A stretch of 26,465 bases of DNA from a virus. Taxonomy: Duplodnaviria; Caudoviricetes. Where the stretch lies: the IMG/VR virus record IMGVR_UViG_3300043394_000505, positions 1-26,465 of that record. One strand, 5' to 3'. The notes below the pieces were generated by a model. That model was not told where the DNA came from. It saw nothing but the letters and a program-made list of their open reading frames with translations, and searched no databases. A program made the position numbers and the translations under genes. Positions within the stretch are counted from its first letter, which is position 1; each line of letters opens with the position of its first letter. Of the stretch, positions 8,399-16,501 are shown piece by piece.

Positions 8399-9094
8399 TG
8401 GGCGCTACCTGAAACATGCCGCCCAGCGCGGCGTCTTCCGGGTTCAGAAACTTGGGCCGTTTGTCGGCCGGCACCCAGGGGTCGGGCGCCTGGAAGTCGG
8501 CCGCAGCGAACAGCCGCTTGTCGGGCTTGACGACCGCGCCGTTGGCCACAGCAGCCAGCAGTTGGGCGTGGCGAAGCGCGTCCCACTCGGGGCCCACCTG
8601 TTCGGCTTGCATCCACTGCGTCCACTGCACAAACTCCTGCGCGCTTAGGCTTTGCTGCAGGCTGTTGACCGTGGTGCGCAGGTGGCTGGCCAGGGCAAAC
8701 AGGGCGCGCAGCTCGGGCGCGGCCTCTAGGTTTTTTTTTCCTGCGCGGGCTGCTGCCCGCTCAGGCGCGTGGCCACGTCCCACAGCGCCACCACGCGGTC
8801 GGGGTGCATGGCGCCAAAGGCCGACCACTGCGCGGGGCTGTACACCGGCAGGCCGTCGTCGGCCAGCACGCAGGTGTGCAGCATCTGCGCCAGCAGCTCG
8901 CCGCTGGCGCGCTCTGCAGCCTGGGCGCCGGTTTCGTCGTCACGCGGCGCGGTCAGGCGGCGGCGCATGGCGGTGAAGGCCAGCATCTGCGCCATGTCCA
9001 TGCCACGCACCACCACGCTGCCGCCCAGCTCTGGCACGTCGTGCTCTTCGCTGGGCAGGGCCTGCGGGCGGATGCTGTCGCGGGCGATGACCAT
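8391..9094 (-). CDS. Tail assembly chaperone, frameshifted G-T fusion (~234 aa)
   Basis: The -1 frame after the A-run reads NLEAAPELRALFALASHL...SAQEFVQW...GPEWDALRHAQL to TGA 8391-8393. This is a gpT-like sequence with no convincing independent start. Confidence 0.8.
8726..9094 (-). CDS. Tail assembly chaperone (gpG-like, 122 aa)
   Basis: Between tail tube and tape measure genes. Contains VPELGGSVVVRGM and CVLADDGLPVY, and ends QEKKT at the slippery run. Confidence 0.88.
   Translation of the reverse strand: MVIARDSIRPQALPSEEHDVPELGGSVVVRGMDMAQMLAFTAMRRRLTAPRDDETGAQAAERASGELLAQMLHTCVLADDGLPVYSPAQWSAFGAMHPDRVVALWDVATRLSGQQPAQEKKT
8732..8738 (-). other. Programmed -1 ribosomal frameshift slippery site A AAA AAA
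   Basis: Minus strand CAG GAA AAA AAA ACC TAG. The nine-A run (8731-8739) is conspicuous in GC-rich DNA, and the -1 frame stays open for 113 more codons. Confidence 0.85.
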
Positions 9095-9096
9095 GC

Positions 9097-9747
9097 TCAG
9101 GTCGCGTAGCGCGTCGGGTCAGACACAAAGGCCACGTCGATGCGGCCGCGCAGCGTGCTGTCTTCGATGGTGGGCACCGCCTGCAGCGACCAGTAGGCGT
9201 TGGCCACCAGGCGGCTGTTGTTGGGGAACACCATGCGCACGGCCGTGGCGGTGGCGGTTTCGGCAGCGGTTTGCACCGTGCCGTACCAGCCCAGCGCCGG
9301 GTCGTCGTACAGCGGCAGGGTCACCTGCACAGGGCTGCGCGTGGTGGGGATCTGCTTTTGCACGCTGTCGGTGAGCGTGGTGATGTCGGCAAAGTTCTGT
9401 TCGCCGCCAGTGACGCTGATGCCGCTGGTGATTTGGCTCAGCGTGGTCCAGGCCGTGATGCGGCGGATGCTGCCCGTGCCGGTGCCCGAAGGGTAGCGGC
9501 TGGTGCTGACGGTGTTGATGCCTTCGAACGTGATGTCGTTGGTGGCCACGGTGACCACGCGCACGATGCGGCCGTTCAAGCGGTCCCAGCCGCTGGTGAC
9601 TTCCAGAAAGTCACCCACCACCACGCCGTGGCCAGCGCCCAGCGTGGCCACGGCTTGCGCAGCGTTGGTGATGGCCGTCATGTTGGACGACGAACCATAG
9701 GTGGATGCAATGGACACCTGAGTGCCCTGTGCCAGGGTGATGGCCAT
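9097..9747 (-). CDS. Major tail tube protein
   Basis: 216 aa with SD AAGGA 5 nt upstream. Motifs ITNAAQAVAT...GDFLEVTSGWDRLNGRIVRV and GGEQNF...QIPTTRSP match the siphophage tail tube family with an inserted beta domain. Confidence 0.9.
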   Translation of the reverse strand: MAITLAQGTQVSIASTYGSSSNMTAITNAAQAVATLGAGHGVVVGDFLEVTSGWDRLNGRIVRVVTVATNDITFEGINTVSTSRYPSGTGTGSIRRITAWTTLSQITSGISVTGGEQNFADITTLTDSVQKQIPTTRSPVQVTLPLYDDPALGWYGTVQTAAETATATAVRMVFPNNSRLVANAYWSLQAVPTIEDSTLRGRIDVAFVSDPTRYAT

Positions 9748-9756
9748 GGTGTTCCT

Positions 9757-10188
9757 TCAGAAAAATGTTTCGGGGGCGCCAGGCGCCACGAAGTAGGTGC
9801 AGCGCAGCTGCAAGGTGATGCGCCCCACGGCGGCTTCGCCGTCGGTGGCGGTTTCGCGGTTGATGCCTGTCAGCTGCAGGCCGTGCGGCAGGGCCCCGGC
9901 AAACAGCAGCGCCAGGCCGGCAGACGCCAGCGCGTGCATGGCGTCGTCCAGGTCGGCCGTGGCGCGCACGGTGTACTGGGCATCCACCGCCAGCGTGTGC
10001 TGGTTGATGGCTTCGCCCGTGGTGGCCAGCTCGACCGCTTCGTCTTGCGCAAACACGCGCACGGCGGGCAGGTCTTCTTCGCCCCAGGGCCACACGCGGC
10101 TGGTCTTGACGCCACCGGCGCCCAGGCCGGCCTGCGGCACCAGGCGCGCGGCCAGCGCGTCCACCACCTGCGCGGCAGCCAGCGCCAC
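9757..10188 (-). CDS. Tail terminator / minor tail protein (gpU-position)
   Basis: 143 aa, GTG start, directly upstream of the tail tube. Contains SRVWPWGEEDLPAVRVFAQDE. Confidence 0.75.
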   Translation of the reverse strand: MALAAAQVVDALAARLVPQAGLGAGGVKTSRVWPWGEEDLPAVRVFAQDEAVELATTGEAINQHTLAVDAQYTVRATADLDDAMHALASAGLALLFAGALPHGLQLTGINRETATDGEAAVGRITLQLRCTYFVAPGAPETFF

Positions 10189-10192
10189 GGCG

Positions 10193-10465
10193 CTACACCC
10201 GGGCCAGCACCAGGCGCTTCAGCTGGCCGTCTGGCGGCTCGCTGATGACCTGGCGCACGGTGTAGGTGATGCCGCCCGTCACCAGCGCCTGCCCCTGCTG
10301 TGCGCCCACCGCGGTGGTGGGCTGCAGCAGGAAACTGGTGCGCTGGGTGATGGCGCTGAATTCGTCCAGACTGTCCACGTCCAGGATGCCCACCACGGCC
10401 ACACCAGCCAGCGTGGCCGCTTGGCCCAGGTCGGCAAAGTACGTGGTGAAGTCCTCGACGATCAC
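10193..10465 (-). CDS. Head-tail joining protein (gpFII-like)
   Basis: 90 aa, GTG start, after the capsid gene. Beta-rich, with VVGILD and GQALVTGGITYTVRQVISEPPDGQLKRLVL. Confidence 0.75.
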   Translation of the reverse strand: MIVEDFTTYFADLGQAATLAGVAVVGILDVDSLDEFSAITQRTSFLLQPTTAVGAQQGQALVTGGITYTVRQVISEPPDGQLKRLVLARV

Positions 10466-10492
10466 AGCGCTGGCCGGTGGCAGGGCGTGGGC

Positions 10493-12385
10493 TTAGACCG
10501 TCAGCGCGTCCAGCATGGCCGCAAAAGACTCGGCATGGCGCACGGCCACGTCCACGTCTTGCAGGGCCACCACGCGCACGGTGCCGCTGGTGCTGCCGGT
10601 GTACGGGTCAACCATCAGGTCAAGCCCGCCCCACATGCCGATGACCAGGTCGGCAAAGTTGCCGAAGATGACGGCAGAGCAGACGCCGGAGCTGGTGCCC
10701 TTGGTCAGGTTGCTGGGCACGGCGTTGGTGACTTCGGCGCGGTAGCCGTTGATGGGCGTGGTGCCGTCGGCCCACACGTACTGGGCGGTGCCGCTGGCCT
10801 TTTCGGTGGTCTTGAGCTTGCCGCGCACCTTGGCGTTGGTGAGGTAGCCCAGGGTGCCAACGTCGGCGTTGTCCTGCGCCACTTCGGTTTCCAGCGTGAC
10901 CATGTGCGCGTAGGTGGGCGCCAGGCCGTTGGTGCCGCCGGGCACGTTGCCGATGCCCACCACGTTGAGGATGCCGCGCGGCTCCGGCGCGGTGCCGCTG
11001 CCGTTGATGGCCACGCGCTGCAGCTCTTGCGCCAGCACGGTGGCCAGGTCTTCGCGCACGAAGGCTTCGACGTCGATGCTGGACTGCAGCAGCAGCTTGC
11101 GGCTGATGTCGGTGAATGCGCCCATCGTGCGGGGCTGCATCGTCACCTGGTCGAAGGCCTGCTGGCTTTCGGTGGGCGCGCCGGATTCAGCCACCCAGTA
11201 CGCGGTGGCCGCACCGGTGTGGCGCGGGATGGCGATGTTGCCCTGCAGGCCCGTCATCATGCGCGTGCCCATGCCCATGATGACCATGCGGTTGCGCAGC
11301 AGGGTGATGAAGTCCTGGCTCATCAGGTCGGTGGCCACGGTGTGGCCGCCGGCCGTGGTGGTGCCCACCACCAGGTCGCGCTTCAGCACGTCGTGCGGCA
11401 CCATGACGCCCTGCGATGCCTTGCCGGCCTTTTCGGCGGCGGCGCGGCTGGCTTCCAGTTCGAAGGCGGCTTCGCGCTGCGCCTGGGCGTTGTTGGGGTT
11501 GGCCAGGGCGTGCAGGGCACGCACGAAGCTGTAGCGCTGGGTTTCGCTGCGGGACATGCCGATGTCGGCATTGGCCTTGGCACCCTCGCCCAGCTTGCCG
11601 ATGGCTTTGCGCTGGAATTCGGGCAGCGGCGTGCCGGCGCGCACGGCTTCGGCGGCCAGCTTGTCGACGCCCTGCGCCTTGAACTCTTCGCCGATGGCGA
11701 TGATGGCGGCAACGCGCTCGCGTTCGCCGGCTGCGCCGCGCTGCTGCTCGGCGCCTGCGTCGATGGTTTGGTCGGACATGGTGATGACTCCACGGGTGGC
11801 GGCCGGCGCGGGTTGCGCGCTTTCGGTGGCCTGGGGTTTGGGGGGCTCTTGGGTGGCGTCTGCAGCGCTGCGGCCTACGCCGACCGTGGGGTCTGCGGGC
11901 ACGCTGACCAGGCTGACTTCGAACGGCTCCCACCGCGTGACGCGGTATTCGGGGATGCCGTCGCGCTCAGCCACCAGCTCGGCGTCGTGGATCACGTAGC
12001 CCACCGACACGTTGCGGCGGATGCCGTCCACCACGTCTTGGAAGACTTCGCTGGCGCGCACGCTTTTCCCAAAGCGAACCACAGCGCGGGCCACCCGGTC
12101 CGCGCCGATCTGCACCTGCTCGATCACCCCGACCTGGTCGCGGCTGTCGTGGTCCATCAACAGGGGGCCACCGCTTGCAAGGCGCCCCATGACGATGCTG
12201 CTGCTGGCGTGGTCCAGCACTTCCAGGCCCCAACTGCGCTGGTACGGCTCTTCTGACGAAAACGCCAGGGTGACCGTGCGCGCCTCCACGTCCACCTGGG
12301 CCTGCGGCGCGCTGAGGTTCAGTGCGCGCGTGGCCCGGGTGCCGGGTGCGTAGCGTTGAAGGGGTGCGGTGGTGCTGCCATCCAT
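10493..12385 (-). CDS. Fused prohead protease + scaffold + HK97-fold major capsid protein (630 aa)
   Basis: Protease motifs AFSSEEPY, PLLMDHD, NVSVGY and WEPFEVSLVSVPAD. A Pro/Ala linker and helical scaffold (ERERVAAI) follow, then capsid motifs GGHTVAT, AYWVAESG, ISRKLLLQS, AINGSG...EPRGILN, IFGNF and DVAVRHAESF. Confidence 0.95.
   Translation of the reverse strand: MDGSTTAPLQRYAPGTRATRALNLSAPQAQVDVEARTVTLAFSSEEPYQRSWGLEVLDHASSSIVMGRLASGGPLLMDHDSRDQVGVIEQVQIGADRVARAVVRFGKSVRASEVFQDVVDGIRRNVSVGYVIHDAELVAERDGIPEYRVTRWEPFEVSLVSVPADPTVGVGRSAADATQEPPKPQATESAQPAPAATRGVITMSDQTIDAGAEQQRGAAGERERVAAIIAIGEEFKAQGVDKLAAEAVRAGTPLPEFQRKAIGKLGEGAKANADIGMSRSETQRYSFVRALHALANPNNAQAQREAAFELEASRAAAEKAGKASQGVMVPHDVLKRDLVVGTTTAGGHTVATDLMSQDFITLLRNRMVIMGMGTRMMTGLQGNIAIPRHTGAATAYWVAESGAPTESQQAFDQVTMQPRTMGAFTDISRKLLLQSSIDVEAFVREDLATVLAQELQRVAINGSGTAPEPRGILNVVGIGNVPGGTNGLAPTYAHMVTLETEVAQDNADVGTLGYLTNAKVRGKLKTTEKASGTAQYVWADGTTPINGYRAEVTNAVPSNLTKGTSSGVCSAVIFGNFADLVIGMWGGLDLMVDPYTGSTSGTVRVVALQDVDVAVRHAESFAAMLDALTV
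11777..11791 (-). promoter_or_regulatory. Candidate internal translation start (SD GGAG + ATG, Met203) within the protease-capsid gene
   Basis: Minus strand GGAG-TCATCACC-ATG: SD at 11788-11791, 8-nt spacer, in-frame ATG at 11779. It sits right after the Pro-rich linker that follows the protease domain. Confidence 0.65.
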
Positions 12386-12391
12386 GCGCCC

Positions 12392-12439
12392 ACTTTCGCG
12401 GGGCAGGTGGCCGCCGATAAGGCAAACGGCGGCCGGTGC
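12392..12439 (-). promoter_or_regulatory. Candidate activator-dependent late promoter A (dyad + -10-like GAAAGT) upstream of the capsid gene
   Basis: Perfect 8-bp dyad GGCCGCCG/CGGCGGCC (12409-12416/12427-12434) around ATAAGGCAAA. 26/31 identity with 23450-23480. Minus-strand GAAAGT at 12392-12397 lies 6 nt before the ATG. Confidence 0.7.
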
Positions 12440-12446
12440 GCAGCGC

Positions 12447-12656
12447 CTACAGCGCGCTGGTCATCAGCATCAGCACTTCTTCGTCTTCCAGCGCGTCGGC
12501 AGGCTGCACGCGCGGCGGCGGCAGCTGCCACACCGGGCGCAGCGGCACGCGGCGCGGCTTGGGGCGCGCCACGCCGCCGGCTGGCGGCTGCGGGTCGGGT
12601 TCAGGGGCCGCGGGGCCGCTGAAGAAGCCCAGCAGCAGGTAGTGCGAGACATGCAC
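12447..12656 (-). CDS. Small hypothetical protein (69 aa)
   Basis: GTG start just after the upstream stop. Pro/Arg-rich middle and acidic-hydrophobic C-terminus EDEEVLMLM. Fills the gap between neighbours. Confidence 0.55.
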   Translation of the reverse strand: MHVSHYLLLGFFSGPAAPEPDPQPPAGGVARPKPRRVPLRPVWQLPPPRVQPADALEDEEVLMLMTSAL

Positions 12657-12662
12657 GGCGGT

Positions 12663-14075
12663 TTAGAACAGCGGCAGGCGGAACACTTCGGCGCCGCTGT
12701 TGCGCAACACGTACAGCCACTTCAGGACGTCGGCGCCGTCGTAGTCCTTCACCCAGGTCTTGCGGCCCAGCAGGGCAGCGCCGTCGGCAAACGGCAGGGT
12801 GCTGACAGGCTCCAGGTAGTTGCCGCGCAGGCTGTACTTGAAGAAGCGGTGCGTGGCGTCTTTGCGGATGTACAGGTATCGGCCCGACCAGTCTGCCGAC
12901 GACCCGGTGGTGAAGGTTTCGGCGGCGCCCGGGTAGGCGATGGCCAGCCAAGCGCCAGCACCGGCCGTGCCGCCCGCGATGTCGAAGCGGTCGATGACGT
13001 TTGAAGCGCCCCCGCGCAGCGCGTACAGGTAGCGGCCGTCCAGGTTGGCGCTTTCGTTGCCCCAGTTGGCGTCGCCGGTCTTGCCCACCCAGTTGAGGGT
13101 GGCGCCCGTGCCCGGCGCGGCGGCGCGGGCCGTGGTGGGGGCCAGCGTGGTCCAGGTGTTGGCGCTGCGGCTGTAGCGGTACATGGTGACCGCGTTGTTG
13201 CCAGCCAGGTACAGGAAGTCTTGATTGGCCTCGATGACGTAGGTGCTGGTGGCGTCGGGGTTGGTGGTCCAGGTGGGCACCGCCAGCACCGTGCCGGTGT
13301 TGCTGGAGATGGTGCGCACTTGGCCGATACCGGTGCCGCCCGTGATGCGCACCTGGAAGTTGGTCCACTGGTTGGTGGTCCAGGTCTTGGCCGAATTGGT
13401 CAGCGTGGTGGCAGCGCCGGCCGCGGCCGTGCCGGTGGCGAATTGGCTGATGCTGCTGGTGGCGATCATGGCGCCGTCAGTGCCCCACGTGGCCGGCAGG
13501 CCGGTGATGGTGAGGCTTGACCAGGTGCCGGTGAGCGCGTCGAAGCTGCGGAAGCTGCCGGTGGCCAGCGTGCCGGCGCCCAGCACCATGAACAGGCCCG
13601 TATCCACCGCAAAGGTGTCGGCGTTGGCCACGGCAGACCCCAGCGCGGCAAACTGCAGCGTGCTGGTGCCGCCTGGCACGATGATGACGCCGGTGATGGT
13701 GGCTTGGACGCCCGCATTGGCGCCGGTCAGGAACCGAATGGTGCGGCCCACGGCCAGGCCGTTGATGGCAGCGGTGGTGGTGGCCGTGGTGGTGCTGCCG
13801 CCGTTGGCCGTGACGGTGTTGGACCAGCGGTAAGCTGTGCCGCACGCGCCAGCGCCAAACGTGCCCGCCAGTGCAGGGCTTGGCACCTGCACCCAGGCGT
13901 CTTCGTCGTGGTGGTACAGGTAGGCCACGGTGTTGCTGACCACGTACAGGGCCAGGTTGGCCACGTCGTTGGGGTCCACCGCCATAAAGGCGCCGGCCAC
14001 AGACGCCGCGGGCGCCGGGGTCATGAACTGCCATTCCTTGCGGTGCAGCAGCGGTTTGTTGTTCTGCGTTGCCAT
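12663..14075 (-). CDS. Putative virion protein: Kelch-like beta-propeller with two inserted beta domains (470 aa)
   Basis: Blade-like repeats: LALYVVSNTVAYLYHHDEDAW, FLYLAGNNAVTMYRYSRSANTW, YLYALRGGASNVIDRFD, YLYIRKDATHRFFKYSL. Two related inserts: IRFLTGANAGVQATIT and VRITGGTGIGQVRTIS. Confidence 0.8.
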   Translation of the reverse strand: MATQNNKPLLHRKEWQFMTPAPAASVAGAFMAVDPNDVANLALYVVSNTVAYLYHHDEDAWVQVPSPALAGTFGAGACGTAYRWSNTVTANGGSTTTATTTAAINGLAVGRTIRFLTGANAGVQATITGVIIVPGGTSTLQFAALGSAVANADTFAVDTGLFMVLGAGTLATGSFRSFDALTGTWSSLTITGLPATWGTDGAMIATSSISQFATGTAAAGAATTLTNSAKTWTTNQWTNFQVRITGGTGIGQVRTISSNTGTVLAVPTWTTNPDATSTYVIEANQDFLYLAGNNAVTMYRYSRSANTWTTLAPTTARAAAPGTGATLNWVGKTGDANWGNESANLDGRYLYALRGGASNVIDRFDIAGGTAGAGAWLAIAYPGAAETFTTGSSADWSGRYLYIRKDATHRFFKYSLRGNYLEPVSTLPFADGAALLGRKTWVKDYDGADVLKWLYVLRNSGAEVFRLPLF

Positions 14076-14078
14076 GTT

Positions 14079-14585
14079 TCAGCCCACCATGCGGTTGATG
14101 TTGGATTCAGCGGTCATGTTCATGAGCGCCGGGATATGGGGGGCGGCTGTGTAGCCGCCGATGTTGGTCTGGTTGCTGACGGTGCCCACGGTGGTGACTG
14201 TGGTGACGGTGGTGACCGCGCCCACAGTGGCGACCGTTGCCACCGTGCCGCCCAGCAGCGTGACGCGCAGCGAGCCGTCGGCGTTGCGGGCCGTCTGCAG
14301 CACGCCCAGGCGTTCAATCAGCTGCGCCAGCTGGTCAGCGTCTTCGGCCGACAGGGCCACCGGCGTGGCCTGGCTGGCGGGCTGCTGGCCCAGGGCGGTG
14401 GGCGTGCGGTCCAACAAGGCCTGCAGCAGCACGCGCGCCGCTTCCAGCGTGGCTTCGCTGCTGGCCTTGAACGGCGCACCGGTGACGGGGTCGCCTGGCG
14501 TACTGACCGGCACTTCGCCGGCAGCGGTGGCCGCGCTGGCCAGCGTGATGTCGGCGCCGGTGCCGTCTTTGGCCGCAATGCTCAT
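14079..14585 (-). CDS. Hypothetical fibre/adaptor-like protein with xTV triplet repeat (168 aa)
   Basis: ATGA-coupled to the portal stop. Short helical segments are followed by GTV-ATV-ATV-GAV-TTV-TTV-TTV-GTV (14178-14249). Confidence 0.8.
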   Translation of the reverse strand: MSIAAKDGTGADITLASAATAAGEVPVSTPGDPVTGAPFKASSEATLEAARVLLQALLDRTPTALGQQPASQATPVALSAEDADQLAQLIERLGVLQTARNADGSLRVTLLGGTVATVATVGAVTTVTTVTTVGTVSNQTNIGGYTAAPHIPALMNMTAESNINRMVG

Positions 14586-16498
14586 GCCAGATCCGTTTCG
14601 ATGGTGGTGGTGTTCAGGATGCGGCCGGCGCTGTCACGCTCCACGGTGGACGAATGCCGGCGCGGCGGCAACTTGGCGTGCACGGTGACGTTGGCGGCGG
14701 GCATGATGGCTTCGACGCTGACGTTGGGCGCTTCCACGTTGACCGGGGTGGGCTGCACCTGCACGGCCACGTTGGGCGCGGCCACGTGCACCACCGGTGC
14801 GGCCACGTTGATGACGGGCGCGGCCGGCGGCGCGGGGGGCGCTTCCACGCGCATGCTCAGTTCGACGGTTTGGCCGGCGCGGTGGCTGCGGCGGGCGAGC
14901 TGGATCATGTTGGCCATTTCGGGGTTGGTGAGCGCGCGGCCCTGGTCGCCGGTGGCGGCGTCGTCGGCGCTGTCGTCGGCCGGGTCGTCTTCGCCATCGT
15001 CATTGGCGGCACCTGCAGCCGGGCGGCCGGGCTTGGTGGGCGCGGCCTGCGGGGGCTTGATGCCGTACTGCTTTTTCATCTCTTCTTCGCGTTGCTTGGT
15101 GGCGAAGACGTCTTCAATGTCTACGCCCGCGCGGGCCGCGGCGTCGGTGGCGGTGGTGAGGTTGGCTTCGATGGCCAGCACGGTGGCTTGCACGTCTTTC
15201 AGCGGGTCAACCCAACCCCAGCGGCGGGGCATCCACACGCGCTGCGCAAACTTGGCGCGCTTGGCCAGAGGCAGCGGGCTGGCGCCGTTGCTGCTGATTT
15301 GCGTGACCAGGCCGCCGGCCAGGCCGATGCGCAGCCATTCGTCGAAGATGGGGTCCAGCACCTGCTCGGTCACCCAGTCTTGCAGCACCATCCATTCGTC
15401 GCGCTCTTCAAGCACGCCGCTGCGGATGCTGCTGAAGTTGACGCCCTCCAGGTCATTGGCCAGGGTGTTATAGCTGACGCCCAGGCCACTGGCCACGCCG
15501 CGCAAGGCGGCTTTCATGAATTCGCCGAACTGTTCGTGCGGGTAAGCGGGGTCGAACTGCTGGAAGCCCACGCCGGCGGGCAGCACGCCAAATTCGCCCG
15601 GGGTGGCGCTGGTGTAGGGCACGCCCTGCGCGTCTTTGCCGTCTTGCGGCAGTTGGTCGGGTTCGGGCGTGGTGAAGAAGCCCATCTTGCTGGCGCCGAT
15701 GCGCGCCGCGATGACCGCCGCTTCACGGTAGCCGCCGATGTCGTTGAGCCGGCGCATGGCCGCGTGGGCCCAGGGCACGCCGCGGGTCTGCTCGGGTTCA
15801 AGCTGCAGGAAGCGGTGGATGATGTCTGCAGCCGGCACGCGCTCACGTTCGCCCGTGCGCTGGGTGGCGTAGCTGCCGCCGGGCAGCGTTTGCAGGATGT
15901 GGTAGGCCACGGGGCGGTGGAATTCGTCCACTTCCACGCCCATGACAATGGCGTTTTGGCCGGTCACGCGGGCCACGTTGTAGGCGGTGTCCAACCGTTC
16001 GACGTCCAGCAGCTGCAGCTGCAGGCCGTAGGCACCGCGGCCGCGGCGCAAGCGCAGCAGCAGTTCGCCATCGCGGGCCAGCGCGTCGACGGCGGCGCGC
16101 AGCAGGGTCCACAGGCCGGCGCGGCCGGTCACGTCGCAGGCGGAGGGCTTGACCCATTCGGCCCAGTGGCGCTCGATGGCTGCTGCCGCCAGGTTGTCGA
16201 TTTTGGCGCCGTCCATGGGGCGGCTTTGCAGGCCCACGCCCTGGCCGATGACGTTGTTGCGCACCATGCGCAAGAACTTGGCCATGTATTCGTTGTTCTT
16301 GGCCAGGTCGCGGCTGCGGCGACGCAGGCGGTCAAGGTCGCCGCGCAGCTCTTGGTCGATGCTGGCCTGGCTGGCCAGCCAGCTTTCGGTGAGGCGGTTG
16401 ACGGCCGCGCCGTCAAACCGGCGCAGGTGCTGGCGCGCGGCCGGCGCACGGCCCAGGCGCGCGGCCCAGGCCTTGAGGTTTTGCGTGAAGGTGGCCAT
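14582..16498 (-). CDS. Portal protein, lambda gpB family, with ~158-aa C-terminal extension
   Basis: Motifs LRRRSRDLAKNNEY, NVIGQG, DGELL, IVMGVEVDEFHRPVAYH, QTRGVPW, GLGVSY..LANDLEGVNFSSIRSG and WGWVDPLKD. Confidence 0.95.
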   Translation of the reverse strand: MATFTQNLKAWAARLGRAPAARQHLRRFDGAAVNRLTESWLASQASIDQELRGDLDRLRRRSRDLAKNNEYMAKFLRMVRNNVIGQGVGLQSRPMDGAKIDNLAAAAIERHWAEWVKPSACDVTGRAGLWTLLRAAVDALARDGELLLRLRRGRGAYGLQLQLLDVERLDTAYNVARVTGQNAIVMGVEVDEFHRPVAYHILQTLPGGSYATQRTGERERVPAADIIHRFLQLEPEQTRGVPWAHAAMRRLNDIGGYREAAVIAARIGASKMGFFTTPEPDQLPQDGKDAQGVPYTSATPGEFGVLPAGVGFQQFDPAYPHEQFGEFMKAALRGVASGLGVSYNTLANDLEGVNFSSIRSGVLEERDEWMVLQDWVTEQVLDPIFDEWLRIGLAGGLVTQISSNGASPLPLAKRAKFAQRVWMPRRWGWVDPLKDVQATVLAIEANLTTATDAAARAGVDIEDVFATKQREEEMKKQYGIKPPQAAPTKPGRPAAGAANDDGEDDPADDSADDAATGDQGRALTNPEMANMIQLARRSHRAGQTVELSMRVEAPPAPPAAPVINVAAPVVHVAAPNVAVQVQPTPVNVEAPNVSVEAIMPAANVTVHAKLPPRRHSSTVERDSAGRILNTTTIETDLA

Positions 16499-16501
16499 GG
16501 T

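Noticed and set aside
8731-8739. Homopolymer as a sequencing error or pseudogenising frameshift
   Set aside because: It lies exactly where tail chaperone programmed frameshifts occur, and both frames encode plausible G and T parts.
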